DNA of 64,000 bases from the human T2T-CHM13v2.0 reference genome, Homo sapiens: the NCBI RefSeq assembly GCF_009914755.1, contig NC_060927.1. The stretch is one strand, 5' to 3'. The translations under genes were made by a program, and so were the position numbers. Of this stretch, positions 28,721 through 43,338 are shown one piece after another. Numbering within the stretch: the stretch's first letter is position 1; every line of letters starts with the position of its first letter. Under the pieces are notes generated by a model. It was given only the letters and a program-made list of their open reading frames with translations, made no database searches and was not told the DNA's origin.

Positions 28721-30569
28721 CCAATTCCAGTGGGTAATAATATCTCTTGCTCAGGGAAAATCATTCTCATAAACAAGATTGTATTACCTTGAGGGAGTCA
28801 CCACTTGAAGTAAGAAAAAGGAAACTTTGAGATGGTTTAGACACAAATCATAAAAAACGATGCATGTTTGAGAAATACATCTTAGGAACGTAATGCCCTA
28901 AAACTGATTTATTGGGAAACTTTAGCTCTGTGGACAAAAGACCAACATTACCTATGAAGAAACAACATGTAGCTTTTTCTGTTTAAAACTTAGGACAGCA
29001 AGGTAAATTACATCAGAAGTTAGGGTCATGTTGCATTTCTAAGAACATCCTAGGATAAGAATTCCAGATGCTTTTATTATCAGATGGTTTATTCCAATCA
29101 TTCTTAGGAGATTTTAAAGGATGGGTACAGAGCACTGCCAATTTGGGTATGATAGACTCCAAAGTCAAAAACATGCTTTCAATATCTAAACTCACCCTCA
29201 TCAACTCCAACGAAGATTTTAGTCTAAATGGAATACAGAGCATTTATATGTTTCACATGTTTGTTAACTATTGAAACAGAAGTACTTTATATGAAGGGAA
29301 CTTTTTAAAGATACTGACACTTTATTCTAAAAACCAAGTGCAATATGAAAGCAAAGAAGGCTCATATGATTTTTCTAACTGTAGGCACCATCATCCTAAC
29401 TAATCACCAACAAGAGCTGGTCAATTCACACATTACCATGTATAATCCACTTGTAATATATAATGATCTATTATGCGAGAAACATTCTGAAGATGGCAAT
29501 AGGATATGTTGGAAACAGCCAATCTACCTTTTGGAATAAGAATGATGAGGAAGTTTACTATAAATGGGATTATATAAATGAACTTTCAAAAACAGGTTTT
29601 AAATAAGTTTCCAGTTCTTCACTAAAGAGCATGTACATATCCCTTACATATCCTTGACTACGTGCCTAACATAATAAATTTGGCATAACTGAAATCTTAA
29701 GTGTTGATGGTTTATTGAGTTCCAGGGAAGGATTGAAATATGGTTGAGTGGTTGGTTAGCTACAGCCAGTAATGACTGAGATGATGTGGCTCTCTAGTCC
29801 CATCTAATCTTAGCATTCTTCATATTCTATATTTATAGCAGGGGTATATTAAATTTAGTTAGAAGAAATTCCTACTTGTGTCTACTGTTAGATGCTACCA
29901 ATAAGATTCACCTCCACTAATTTAGTCAATAGTGGTTTTATGGGGGATGGAGAGACACTGCCACATCACATTCACACAGCATAAGATGCATCCTAATATC
30001 AGAACTGCTGAAAAGTATCCAAACTGCCTCTAGACTTGAGAACCATAGTCCTTCCTACTTAGAACTGAGTTGAAAATAAATCATTTATTCTGTTGTACTC
30101 CATCACTTCCTAAATTATATACACACCTCTGTCCCAATACAGGAGCACAGTGCATGGCTGATATACAATTCTATATTCAATATTGTGATCACTGCACAGG
30201 GATGGGTGGATCCCATGCAAAACTATTGCAATATCTGAACAGAATCCACTCTTCCTGCTGTTTCTGTTTCTAAAGCCTCTTCTGCTATTTTTTCATATGT
30301 GTTCTTCTCTTGTAGGCCAACTTTTAGAAAGAAAGGGCTTATCGAGAGGACAACAGAAATGAAGGATACATTACTATTATATGAGTAATTGACAATCAAC
30401 TGACTGTAGGATGATTTTACTTACCTTGTACGATTGATGTGAAGATTAAATGCAACAAAATAGCACATGATCATTTAGCATTGAGTCAGGTATTTAATAA
30501 GCAACCAACAAGTTGTAGCAGTTATTTGTTTGTCTCACACACCACAGTTCCTTTAAAATTTCCTGTGAA

Positions 30570-30829
30570 GAACAGGAAACCAGACACTGCATGTTCTCAT
30601 TCATAAGTGAGAGCTGAAAAATGAGAACACATGGACACAGGGAAGGGAACATCACACACTGGGGCCTCTCAGGGGGTGGGGGTTAGGGGAGGGATAGCAT
30701 TAGGAGAAATACCTAATGTAGATGATGGGTTGATGGGTGCAGCAAACCACCATGGCACTTGTATACCTGTGTAACAAACCTGCATGTTCTGCACATGTAC
30801 CCCAGAACCTAAAGTATGTTTTCAAAAAA
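30570..30829 (+). mobile_element. L1PA7/8-like 3' end, severely 5'-truncated
   Basis: cattaggagaaatacctaatgtagatgatgggttgatgggtgcagcaaaccaccatggcac; degenerate TSD aaaatttcctgtgaa / aaaaaatcttgtgaa. Confidence 0.9.
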
Positions 30830-31739
30830 TCTTGTGAAAGTGATTTTTATTTCCATAGGGAGCCTATCATTTGTTCAGAATTCTGTATCACAAAAGTCTC
30901 AAAGAACTGGTCTGGCAATGGCAAAGCCCTCCTTGGAGACTGAGGGAGAAGAAGAACATGAACCAGCAATACCAGAAATCTTTGCTGTGAATTAATGAAC
31001 GGAAGAACGAGACCACCCATGCACTCATACATTTTGTCTGTCCTATCTTTGTGACAGCTGGTCTTAGGGAGGCCATGGTGATTGTGATAAATAAGACAAG
31101 CCATTCACTATTTCTCAGAGCTCAGCTTCCAGGCTGTAATAATTACTAAATATGGTGAGTTAATAGCATGAAACATTACCTAGTATCTGTTCGCATATGG
31201 TGGTGGAAGGGAAGGGGCTGTCAAGGAAAGCTGTTCTGAGTAAGATTTATGTTGAGATTCAAGAGAGAAGTTGGAACTGGATGGCGAGGTGAAAAATATT
31301 CTAGACAGAGGAAACACCATCTGTAATGACCTTAAAATTCAAATGACCTTTTATAAAACTGATCCCCAGTGTGAATGTGACATGGTAAGAGAGAAGGATG
31401 GTGGTGCCAGGCAAGGTGGTAAGGACCACAGAGGCCATAATACGCAGGAATGAACAACTTCTGGAAGCAAGAAATCCATGACACATATCGGGTTGCATGG
31501 GCTAAGGAACCCCTTCATCAGAAACTGTCTTGGGGTCTGTCTGATTCCCCAGACCCTATGAGCTTCCTTTCCCCCATTGGCCATTTTCTCTATGTATTCC
31601 AGTTTTGGGCTGTGTTCTGCACCAGTATCTATGACAATCCTTGTAATAATTAGAGTGATTGAAATAGGCAGATAGTACAGTAGATTTAACAGAATCTATG
31701 GAGTCAACAGGCCCACATTGTATCTACAGTTTAAAAGAG

Positions 31740-31905
31740 GAAAATGAGAAAGACAGTATATGTGTTGTGACAGGGGAAGATAAAACAAAAGCAGCAATAT
31801 GTTGATAATGATTGAAGCTGAGTGACGGGGATACAGGGTTATATACTGCATATTATTCACTCTACTTTTATGCATCTTTGAAAATTACCATAATTTTAAA
31901 AAGTT
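31740..31905 (+). mobile_element. Old L1M 3' end inserted in a MIR
   Basis: gttgataatgattgaagctgagtgacggg...tctacttttatgcatctttgaaaattaccataat; MIR core resumes at about 31910. Confidence 0.6.
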
Positions 31906-32897
31906 TAGAAACCCAGTCTCTGTCACATATAAGTAGTTTAATCTTGGGTAAGTTATTTAACTATTCTGAATTTCAATTCCTTGATTTATAAATAAGAAAA
32001 ATACCCACCTTACAGAGTTAATGTAAAAGTGAAATAAAAAATATATAGAAAAAGGACTAAGCACTAGGCATAGCATGATGAAGGAGGTTTATAGACTTTA
32101 GAGTTCAATATTTAAAGGTCAGCATTTAAGTTTAATATTTAAGGACCCAGCATCAAGGCAAGTCTCTTGGCTCTGTAGCCCTGGTCCTTGGTCCTAGATC
32201 TTTTCTAACTTCCATGAGCAAATGAAATACCCAGAGGCTTTGATAAAATATAGATTCTGATTCCGTTGATCTTCGGGAGGCCAAAGATCAGCACTTCTAA
32301 TAAGATTCCAGTGATGCCGAAGCTACCAGTACAGGGACCAGGATTTGGAAAGTAAGCCCTGACTTCTGCCTTATTTCTGAAACTAAACTTCCAATTATGC
32401 CCTCTTTTGATTGTTTTGATTGATGGGTTTCTCCTGTTCTGGCTGAGTCCCTGGCTGGATAATTTGCCCCAGAAATTCAATCCCTCCAGGACTGAGGTCC
32501 TGGACATACTATTAGTTACCCTTAGAGTCGGAAATCTTGCTCTTGAGCTTCAGCATGGAAGTTATATCTGTCAACAATGCCTCAGATTCTGATTTCCTGC
32601 TTGGATCCCTGAGAAATTTGTGCTTCTTAATCCACTGTTGTGCTACCTCTGATTTCCTTATTATGTTCTCCTGTACCTCTCTTCAACTAAACCGACACCA
32701 ACCACTTACCTAGGGCAGGACTGGTTATTTGTCTTGGTATTGTGAGGACCTGCCCAGTGGAATAGCTTCCAATTTCCTGCATCTAGATTTGTCCCTTGAG
32801 CGTTTCTCAATCCCTAGTGAGTACTTTTAGGTTAAGATCCTTCCCTGTAACCCATTCTTCACCAATAATTCTTGGCAGCCTATGTTTCATACCCAGT

Positions 32898-33276
32898 TGT
32901 CTTAGTTGTTTTGCGCTACTATGAAAGAATACCACAGACTGGGTAATTTATAATGAACAGAAATGTATTGACTTGTGATTAGGGAAGCTGGAAAATCCAA
33001 GATCAAGGGGCTGGCATTTTGTGAGTACCTTCTTGCTATGCTATAACATGGTAGAAGGCATAACATGGGAGTGGTGGGGAAACTAGGGAGGGGGAGAGAG
33101 AGAAAAAAAAAAGAACCCACTGAACTCATCCTTTTACAAGGAACCCACTCCTGAGATAATGGCATTAATCTATTCATGACCTAATCACCTCTTAAAGATC
33201 CCACCTCTGAATGCTGTTGCTTTGGGGATTAAGTTTCCAACATATGAAATTTAGGGGACGTATTTAAACCTTAGCA
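32898..33276 (-). mobile_element. MST (MSTD-like) solo LTR
   Basis: tgtcttagt...aataccacagactgggtaatttataatgaacagaaat...ggggattaagtttccaaca...aaaccttagca. Confidence 0.88.
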
Positions 33277-33854
33277 CTGTCTGTAGCAGTGGAGAACATT
33301 TCAACACTGGAAATGAAGGAAGATGTTTAACCCCATCAAAGGTATACATTCAGTAATGTACTTTAGTAAGCAGATGCCTTATTTGAAAGCAGTCCTTAAT
33401 GTATGAACATGAAACTTACATAAACAGAACTCTAGAACAAGGCTTAGATTTTTCTAATCCACTAATTATAATCAGCCTTGTACTTTTAGATGAGCTGGAT
33501 ATGTATGCATTCTGAAAACTTGCAAAGAAAAGAAATCCATCAGCTTTATTACTTGTAGTTGGATTATCAGATTATATTCTGGCAAGGCTAATGAAAACTT
33601 ATCTGCTCTATATATGTTTTTTCCCTCTGAGAATAATGACAGAATCAAACATTAAGAATAATGCACTCATGTTTAAACATGACTCTTCCATTTGACAGGA
33701 GTAGCCTTGGCAAACTGCCACTCATCAACACTTTCTAAACTGATAGGGGTATTCCACATCTTTCCAGCAACATTAAAAGATAATTTGCAAAATTATCATC
33801 TCACAGCGAACTTGAAGGGAATTTTCTCATTCTAATAAAAATAGTATCTCTTGA

Positions 33855-34209
<355 letters not shown>

Positions 34210-34536
34210 AAACGTGCTTTCTTAAAACTCACACTTGCTCTTAGAATTTATTTTGTGCATGAGTTTTTCTCCCTAATGAAGCTTTATGTTGCTGTTAGAA
34301 GAAAGTTTATTTCGGGTTTTTGGTTATTGTTGTTCTTGCTTTATTTTCATTCCAGGCCTCTTAGGGCAGAGGAAATGTGATAAGATCTAGGCTACAAGTT
34401 TATTGGCAACTGCTTTCTAATAAGTAAATTTTACAGATGTAAGTAGTAATGATGGATATTTGCTGTGCTTTGGCTATTGAGCATTTATTTCCTCTTATTC
34501 GTTTGAAGAAAAATATTCCATTTATGCCCTAAGATT

Positions 34537-34933
<397 letters not shown>

Positions 34934-34939
34934 CAAGCT

Positions 34940-35380
34940 TCCCCTGACCCTATTCATGGAGACATTGAAGGAGCCTGGCTGTCGTTGACTCTACTCCCAG
35001 CTCCAGGGATTGGCATTTGTTCAGGCTTGACTAGGACACTGTGATTGGTTCGAAACCATTTTCAAAATGAGAGTTTTGCTGGACCACTGAGAGAATGGCA
35101 GGTGTTATTTCTTGCTCTTGAACATGAGAAAATATAGCCTAGAATTGTTTCAGCCCTCTTGCCGTCAGGGAGAAAGAGCAAATCTGAGAATTCAACAAGG
35201 ACAGAGAAAGGGAAAGTGAGAAGGGGAGAGGGAGCTTGAGTGAGATTTGTGTGAGCTCCTGGCCTGAGGCAAGCCCTGTTGCTGACTTTTTAATTACCTA
35301 CATCAATAAATTCCATTTTTGCTTAAGGAAGCTTGAGTTGGGTTTTCTGCCTGCAATCAAGAGGAATGCTAACTAATGCA
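34940..35380 (+). mobile_element. MLT1K/L-like LTR
   Basis: 3' end caataaattccatttttgcttaaggaagcttgagttgggttttctgcctgcaatcaagaggaatgctaactaatgca. Confidence 0.65.
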
Positions 35381-35698
35381 GGATGTTAAGAATGGAGAGA
35401 TTGAGAATACCAAAGAGATATAATGTTTACCGTAATGTACAGAATCTAGGAAAATTCTCAATTACCAGTGTGTAAAGAACATGGAAAAAATAATATAATT
35501 ACCTTTGAAAATTACTCCTGTTTACAGTTTTAACTTTATGGGTCAAATATCTTTTCCTTTAACATATTTAAAAGTCAAGCTCTTTTTTGTGTCATTTAGA
35601 CAGACACATGTTAGTTATGAAAATAAACTGTGTGGCAATTACATCAACACCAAATATATAAAGACATTTTCTGTAGGAAAATTAAAACTTAATTGTCC

Positions 35699-35994
35699 TT
35701 TTTTTTTTTCTTAAGACATCCGCACTCTGTCTCCCAGGCTGGAGTGCAGTGGCGCGAACTCAGCTGGCGGCAACGTCTGCCTCTCAGGGTTCAAGCTATT
35801 CTTGCGCCTCAGCCTCCTGAGTAGCTGGGATTACAAGCATGTGCCACCACATCCGGCTAATTTTTGTATTTTTAGCAGACAGGGGGTTTCACCATGTTGG
35901 CCAGGCTGGTCTGAAACTCCTGACCTCAAGTGATTCACCCACCTTCTGCTCCCAAAGTGCTGGAATTACAGGCATGAGTCACTGTGGCCTGGCC
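35699..35994 (-). mobile_element. AluS (Sx/Sz-like)
   Basis: Full antisense dimer with cctgacctcaagtgat. Confidence 0.93.
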
Positions 35995-36764
35995 AAAAAT
36001 GTCATTTTAATGAAATATTTTACTCACCATCAAAAGAAAAGTTGGGCTACTTTCAACTTTTTAAACACTGATTCTCTCAAAATTATTCTTTTTTACTTTT
36101 TAATAATATATTATACCTGATATCTAGGTAATATTAAAATGTTTTACATATATCATAGTTTCAGACTATTTCTTTAAAAAAATACAAGAGGGATATCATA
36201 CACACTTCCTGCCACACTGCCCTGCCCATCCACCCCAGTACTACTTCCCAAATTCTATAACTGCAGACACTGATATTCAGGGGTAATGGAGCACAGTAGA
36301 AGAACCGTATTTAAGCAGAATATGTACACAAGCTGAATGCTAGATGTGGCATAGTTTACCTTACAGGGTAAGGTCACCACTTAGCATAAATAATGTGCTA
36401 CATTATCTCAGATCCCTAATATGGATAGAAAGATAGAGTTTAATATGATGGATCTGTATCTGATATTGATATAACACTGCTATTGTATAGACATGCATTT
36501 GAAACTAAACTACCTAGTTCAAGATTGCACGATAATTTCAAGTGGACATTTTCTGGGTGGTCACATCCTTAGAAGACAGAGAGAGGGAAGAGCTTACACT
36601 TTGGTCAGAGAACGCTAAGGATCTGGCCACACTCAGGTACCACTGTGTGACCTTGAGTAAGTTAATTCTCTAAGCCTCCATTTCCTCATGGTAATGATGG
36701 GAAAATCAGCATAGCTAACTGCGGTATTATTGCTATGATTGTACAGGAGATGCCATGTAAGCGG

Positions 36765-37156
36765 TAGCCCAGTACCTGATTAGGGGGGATCCCCCTCATG
36801 CTTTCTTCCGCTGGTATTGGCAGCTAATGGCTCTCAGCTGAGTCACCCTCTGGGAATTGCCCTCAGCCAACAAGAGACAGGTCTTCCTGGAGGTGTCTTA
36901 TATCCAGGTCTTGGTCAATTAGAGCATGAAGTCACAGTTCCCTTGGTTCACTTCAGGATAATTCTGAAAGGCCAGGTCCAGAGCTGCCCACAGGAGACAG
37001 AAACCTCTCCTATGACTCCTTGAAGCCCAACTTCCTCTGTCCAATCCTGTTTTCCTCACTCTCTGAAGTGCTGATCACAAGACCATTTCCAGTTAACTTC
37101 CTGCACACAAATCTTCATCTTAGAGTCTACTTTTGGGGCAAGTTGACCCCAAGACA
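36765..37156 (+). mobile_element. LTR16-family ERVL LTR
   Basis: ggctctcagctgagtcaccctctgggaattgccctcagcc and terminal cctgcacacaaatcttcatcttagagtctac...ccccaagaca. Confidence 0.7.
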
Positions 37157-39599
37157 CTGTTGCACAGTCAGAACTTGATTATTAGCAGAGATGATGATCA
37201 TGATTATGAAGCTGATGGGGGTGTAGAAACATGAACTTCATCGTTTCATTCTGATAATTCAATCTTAAATATATATAGAAACTGTTTTCTTAAATTATGT
37301 TCTCTAATAGTGTAGGACAAGTCTCATGTTATAAGTAGAGCTGATGACAGTTATGACTGGCTACTCTCCACTAACAATCAGCTTAATTAGTACATTGTAT
37401 CTAAATTGACACTTCCATTTTCAGCTAGTGATTGTTTGTTTAGATATTTCTATTTTGGAGCTTCTATCACATTGAGTAAGTGTTGGTCAAAATTTTTTAA
37501 ATATAAAATCCTCCTTGACAACACCTTCCTTTAAGGGCCCTCTACACTCTAATATTCCATGATTCTGTAATTTTGATGATGGCAACAACTGAATAATACA
37601 TTCTCTGGAAAATAAGGTCATTTAAATACCAACATTGTCCTTAAAAACAACACCTCATAAATTTTGCAAATAAGTGAAACAAATAATTCTAGTGGCAACA
37701 GGAAAACTGCAATTGAGGAAACATAAGAGTGTCAGGAAAAATAATCCTAGCTTTTGTCCTAACAGAACTGTGGGGGCAACGATGCAGAGTATGGCCTAGT
37801 TTAAGACGTTGGTGAGCTTCCAGTAATGAAGGAATAATGTCATGCAAAATTATAATGCTGGAAAGGCCACTGGAGATCACCATATCAAATCTTCTTTTGT
37901 CATTGATTAACAAACTGAGGGCCAGTAAAACTACAGGACATGCCAATGGCCTTTCAACTAGTAAGGAGAAGAGCCCTTACCCCAAACCAGATCTTCTCAC
38001 TTTTCTGGCCACTCCACGTTGACTCTGCCCACATGCTCCTTTTCTCAGATCTTGGACCAACCCAAAGAAAATTCCTTGTCCTCCTCTTTTTTATTCCTGC
38101 CAATTATTCTATGTTCTCTGCCTGAGCCCAGGCAAGTCTTTTTTTCTCTAACATCTCCTTATAAAATTTCCATCTGGGAATTTCTCCAAGATACACATTT
38201 TTCCCATCATATCCAAAATAACTTTAGCTATTGTTAAATAATGGATGCTATAATAAACATACATATTCATGTACTTTTAATAAACCCATTTGCTTTCTAA
38301 ATGATTTTTACCAATAGTAACAAAGCTATAGACAAATGTAGTAGAGTTAAAACAATATCTTCATTTACAGATTTATTAGTATAGTCTTTGGAACAAAAGA
38401 ATAAAGAAAAATATTTTGCCTGGTTCACAAAGCAAAATATTTTTATGTAAATGTGGGCAGCAACTAGTCACAAACAATATAACATATTGTAGTTGTTTCT
38501 TTCAAGTATTTTACAAAGTTTGATAAGTAACACTCTAAACTTTACATTAAAATAGTTCTCAAAGCCACTTGGCAGACTATTAAAAGGCATGGAGAAAATG
38601 AACTTAAAAAAAGCTGAATATTAATTTTTGAAATAATTATTTTTAGGACATTCTAATTAAAAATTTACTTAACTGGCTTTGTGGATGAGAATTTAAGTTC
38701 AGATATGGGATAATTGTAACAAACTGAAATTGGATCAAATGCTCTTGAATAATAAATGTTTTCAACAGAATTGAAGAATATGACACATTTTAAGGTAACC
38801 CATATAATCTCTTAACATATATTATTTATCTACACTGAGGATGTCCTGTAAGGCACAAACATAATTTAGCCCAATGGCAGTTTCGAAAGCAGATGCTTTT
38901 CAATGGGCTGACACTAAGTGCAATCATTACATATGCAGTGAATTCCGTATAACACGGATAACTGTCTGATCCCTTTGAATTACTCACAAACTAGAGGTTT
39001 TGAGTATTTCATATGTTTCCACCTTTATTTTATAATTAGAAAACACATGCATGCTGCAGATAAGATCAACATTTCACATTTGTAAATAATCCCAAGGTGA
39101 AAAACACACTCATTATATTTTTCCAATTATTTCATTCTATAATTTTTGCCAATCCTCCTACCTTATTTTGCTTTCACAGAGATAAAAGGCAGGGATGTAA
39201 AGTATCTGTTTTGTGTGTTTAGTTCTTGCCATGAACTTATAATACTGCCCAGAAGGTGTTCTTCCTTTCCTATGTAGAAGGTTCCTTATTGTGTACTTTT
39301 ATAAATAAATATGTAAAATAAACCCTTTCTTTTAGCTAATACACTTGAAACCGGGTTTTTTCATGCTGATATACTCCTGTGGCAAGGTAGCTATAAGAAT
39401 ATTTGTACTCTATTAAGGATGAGTCAATCAGAAACCAAAATAATCACCACTAGGTCAAATAAACAATTTACGTCTGTTGTGGGGAGGGGTGATAAGTTGA
39501 TTTTGGTTAAAATCAATCAGATTTGGTTTTTTATGTAAGTATTCAATTAGTTCTGTCAAAGTAGTCAATTGCTAAGATGCTGCTTAAGAGAGATAATTT

Positions 39600-39830
39600 T
39601 AAAATGCTAAGCTTTGCTTCCAATAATTTTGTACCAGGCTCTAGTTTATCCCTTTAAATACAGAATCTCATTTAATCTCTACAACACTATTGCAAGTTAG
39701 ATTGTATCATTCTCATTTCACAAATGAGTAAAATAAGACTTATAAAGGAAAAGAAGCTAAAGAAGCTGCCCAATATCAGACAAGGAGTAAATGGCTGAGC
39801 TGTGGCTGGCCCTCATCCTTATGGCTGCAA
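39600..39830 (-). mobile_element. MIR SINE
   Basis: aatctcatttaatctctacaacact...cattctcatttcacaaatgagtaaaataagact. Confidence 0.65.
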
Positions 39831-40018
39831 AACTTTTGCAATTTTCATTGTCATGTTACATTTCTTTATATGTAGTGTGCAAGGATTACAACAGGCATGT
39901 AAACATCATGTCATCCCAGACCTGCCTCTCTCTTTACCCAGCTCTTCCCTCACAGCCCTCTACCAACCCTCCACAATGGCATGCTGAAGACAGAAATCTG
40001 GAGGCAAAGCTGAGTACA

Positions 40019-40020
<2 letters not shown>

Positions 40021-40064
<44 letters not shown>
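40021..40064. repeat. (CA)22 microsatellite
   Basis: Direct reading. Confidence 0.98.
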
Positions 40065-40069
<5 letters not shown>

Positions 40070-40223
40070 TTGGTCTCTAGGGGATTGTGACATGTCCACC
40101 CTGATTCAAAACACAGCACAACACAAATGGGGCTGGAGGTGTGACACCCTCTAGAGTAAAGTTTCCTAAAGGCTTAGTCAAAAGCTTAGTACATTTCTTC
40201 CCTAAACTCAAGCCATAACTCCT

Positions 40224-40699
40224 TATGATGATTAATTTTATGTGTCAATTTAACTGGACCATGAGGTACCCAGCTATTTGGTTAAAGACTATTTCCAGGT
40301 GTCTCTGTGAAGATATTTCTTGATGAGATTAACATTCGATTCAGTAGACTGAGTAAAGCAGATTCTCTTTCCCAATGTAGGTGGACATCAATCGATCCAG
40401 TGAGGACCTAATAAAACAAAAAGGTAGATGAAGGAGAATTTTCTCTCTGACTGACTGCCTGAGCTCAGTCATCAGTCTCCTCCCCTCAAACAGCACTGGG
40501 ACTTACATCACTGGCTTTCCTGTTCATCGGCCTTCAGACTCATCTAGAACTTACACCATTGGTTCCCATGGTTCTCAGGCCTTCAGACTCAAGATGGAAC
40601 TACACCACAGGTTCTCCTGGGTCTCCAGGGTCTTGCCAATTGCAGATTGTTGGATTCCTCAGCCTCCATAATCAAATAAACCAATCCCTTATATAGTAA

Positions 40700-40741
<42 letters not shown>

Positions 40742-40778
40742 TCCTATTGCTTCTATTTCTCTAGAGAACCGGAATACA
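40224..40778 (+). mobile_element. MLT2 (MLT2B-like) ERVL solo LTR with internal (CA)18 at 40703-40738
   Basis: tatgatgattaatttttatgtgtcaa...gtagactgagtaaagcagatt...ttctctagagaacc..aataca; perfect 5-bp TSD ctcct at 40219-40223 and 40779-40783. Confidence 0.92.
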
Positions 40779-41000
40779 CTCCTTGCCCAAGCTACTGTTA
40801 GGTATTATAACCTAGAACTGTACATTCATCTCCTTTAAAATATTCAAGGATTTTAAGAGTTTCCCAGGAATGTGTAGAAGTTTGGGGAACCGAACCAGAT
40901 TTATTATGAGACAAAATTTAAGAGTTCTACAAATCCTCAAGTATAGTAAAAAAAAAAGTAAGAAGGGAAGCAAAACTAATGGACGTAGACAAAGCAACCT

Positions 41001-41003
<3 letters not shown>

Positions 41004-41032
<29 letters not shown>

Positions 41033-41198
41033 CTGTGTGTGTGTGTGGTGGTGGTGAGTGTGTGTGTGTGTGTGTGTGTGTTTAGAGACAGAGTTTTGCT
41101 ATGTTACTTAGGGTGGACTCAAATTCTTGGGCCCAAGTGGTCCTCCTACCCCAGCCTCCTGAGTAGCTGGGACTACAGACACATGCCACAGTGCCTGG
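41004..41198 (-). mobile_element. FLAM_A monomer (41081-41198) with a compound (TG)n in place of its tail (41004-41080)
   Basis: tagagacagagttttgctatgtt...gggcccaagtggtcctcc...gtagctgggactacag. Confidence 0.85.
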
Positions 41199-41794
41199 GT
41201 TGGTCCTGTTTTTATGCTCACTACTTATGCTGGTCATTCCTGAAAGAGCAAGTGTGGCTTGGTAACAGCTTTCTATTTGAATACTGCTGTGCTAAAGAAT
41301 GACTAGAGCACACATGTCAGTTGTGTAAATGACAGGCTCTGTTTATCTTTTGTTGATGGGTTTAAGCATCTATGTGTGTCTGGGTTCCCACAATCCATTG
41401 CTAAAATGAATCGTTATGCTCTGATTCACAATTTCTTCATTCCTCTTTACTACGGAATCCAATAACAAGGACAGAAAAACAGGAATCATATATATGCTGC
41501 TCATTTTCCTCTACAAGTAGAAGCAAATACCCAGTGGTGGAAACATGCTTTGCTCAAAGTTTACTCATTAAAAGAAAGGCTGGATGTATAAAACTCAGGT
41601 TAATTACCCCCAAACGACTGGGAGAGGTTGAATAAAATATAGGCTCCTTAACATTCAACAGTGCTGCTTAGAGAAGAGATGACTGGAAAGAAAGATTAAA
41701 GTTAGATGAGAACAAGTATATTTTCAGTATTTGATTTGGGTTTTTGAGCATGAATTTTTCCTGTATTCCAAATCAAATTTTGTTGATAAGCTAT

Positions 41795-42020
41795 TCACAG
41801 AAATACAGACTCAATGATAGATCCCTTGGGTTAAAATTCTGGCTTACTAGCTGCATATCTTAGGCAAATTACTTAAGTTAGCTGAGCCTCAGTTTCTTCC
41901 TCTATAAAACAAAGGCTATGATGCCATCTACCTCATAGGGTGGTTTTTGATGACGAAATAACTTAGAACGCATGTAAATTACTTAAACAGTGCCTAAAAC
42001 AGAAATATTGGTAAATAATA
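41795..42020 (+). mobile_element. MIR SINE
   Basis: cttactagctg...taggcaaattactt...ctgagcctcagtttcttcctctataaaac...tctacctcatagggtggtt. Confidence 0.8.
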
Positions 42021-43226
42021 ACAGCGGTGACCTGGAGAGCCATTTTATCACATGGGACAGAGAATTTACAGTTTTTATTCCTTGATAGTTTCCACTATTT
42101 TTAGTAGTCTTTCTATTTTCAGAAGTTATTTATTTATTTATGAAAGATTTTGTTGTTGCTGCTATTTTTTGAGAGCTGGAAAACATCCCTCTGGATAAAA
42201 ATAAAATAGCATAGTGAAAGTATTTTTGAAAAGCATTAAGTGTTATGTAAGTGTAAGGAAAGGGAGCAGTGACAAAGGAAAGCAGGTGCTTGTGCCTTTT
42301 TAGCAAATAATGACATTTACTAAGAAACGGTAATAAAGATTGTACCACTTGTTTGTCTAATCGATAGTTTCCAAGCTGCTACTAGGTTGTTATCTTCAAA
42401 CAAACCATTTCTAGAAAAGAATTATGCCATCTACCTTAATGCATGAGAAAAATGTTGGTTATCTTCATTCCCTATTTTCCAATGAATAACTCATGATTTT
42501 CAAAAGTCAATTTGATTTAAATGCTGCACTCACTTTGCTAATGCTGATAACAGTGCTGACAACATAGGAGTTGTGTGCCGGGGATAGTTGTCTGTAGTTC
42601 ATTTTGCACCCTTTGAACATTCTGCTCACTTAGATGACTGCAGCTCAACACAACTGATGAAAGATGAGATGATGAGTGAGCACTGTGACATAGCACAAAG
42701 GATGAAAGATAATTATTCATTATGACTTATGTCAACATGTGGCCAATATATCACCTCAGCATTATGCCTAAATATGAGTGGCCATATATCATAATCTCAA
42801 TATATTATAATCTTAGGGACTGAGATCTCATGGTCTCAGTTTCCACCCTTATTTGTATATTAGGCTCATATGATTGTTATAAGTTCAGCCTGCAGTTTAA
42901 AAAATCAAACAGTATAAATTTCTCTGGGCTTTAAGATTCCTAAGATGAATCTCAGATTCCTGAGCACCATGTCCTTGAACAGGACACACCCTAGAATATA
43001 ATCTATATGATCTGTTTCTGTGCCAGGGGAAGCTTTATTGTATTGGGTTAAGTCTCACTGAAAGCCCCCACTTGTATGTCCTGACTGGCATGTAACACAT
43101 CATGGAGGACAAAGTCAGCAACATATTGAATTTAAAATGCTGGGACATACTTTGAAACATTGAAATGGATGCAAAAAGCCTAAGACTTCCTTGTCATTGC
43201 TTTTATTCTAGGACTTATTTGTTAGG

Positions 43227-43228
<2 letters not shown>

Positions 43229-43271
<43 letters not shown>

Positions 43272-43338
43272 CTACACATATATACATATATATACATATA
43301 TATATACACACATACACATCTATAGTAATATACATATA
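43229..43338. repeat. (TG)20 followed by a TA/CATA-rich repeat
   Basis: Direct reading. Confidence 0.95.

Noticed and set aside
32700-32730. Another minus-strand TAG|GTAAGT
   Set aside because: Only about 8 pyrimidines and a competing AG about 11 nt upstream; looks like a lone donor, not a recursive site
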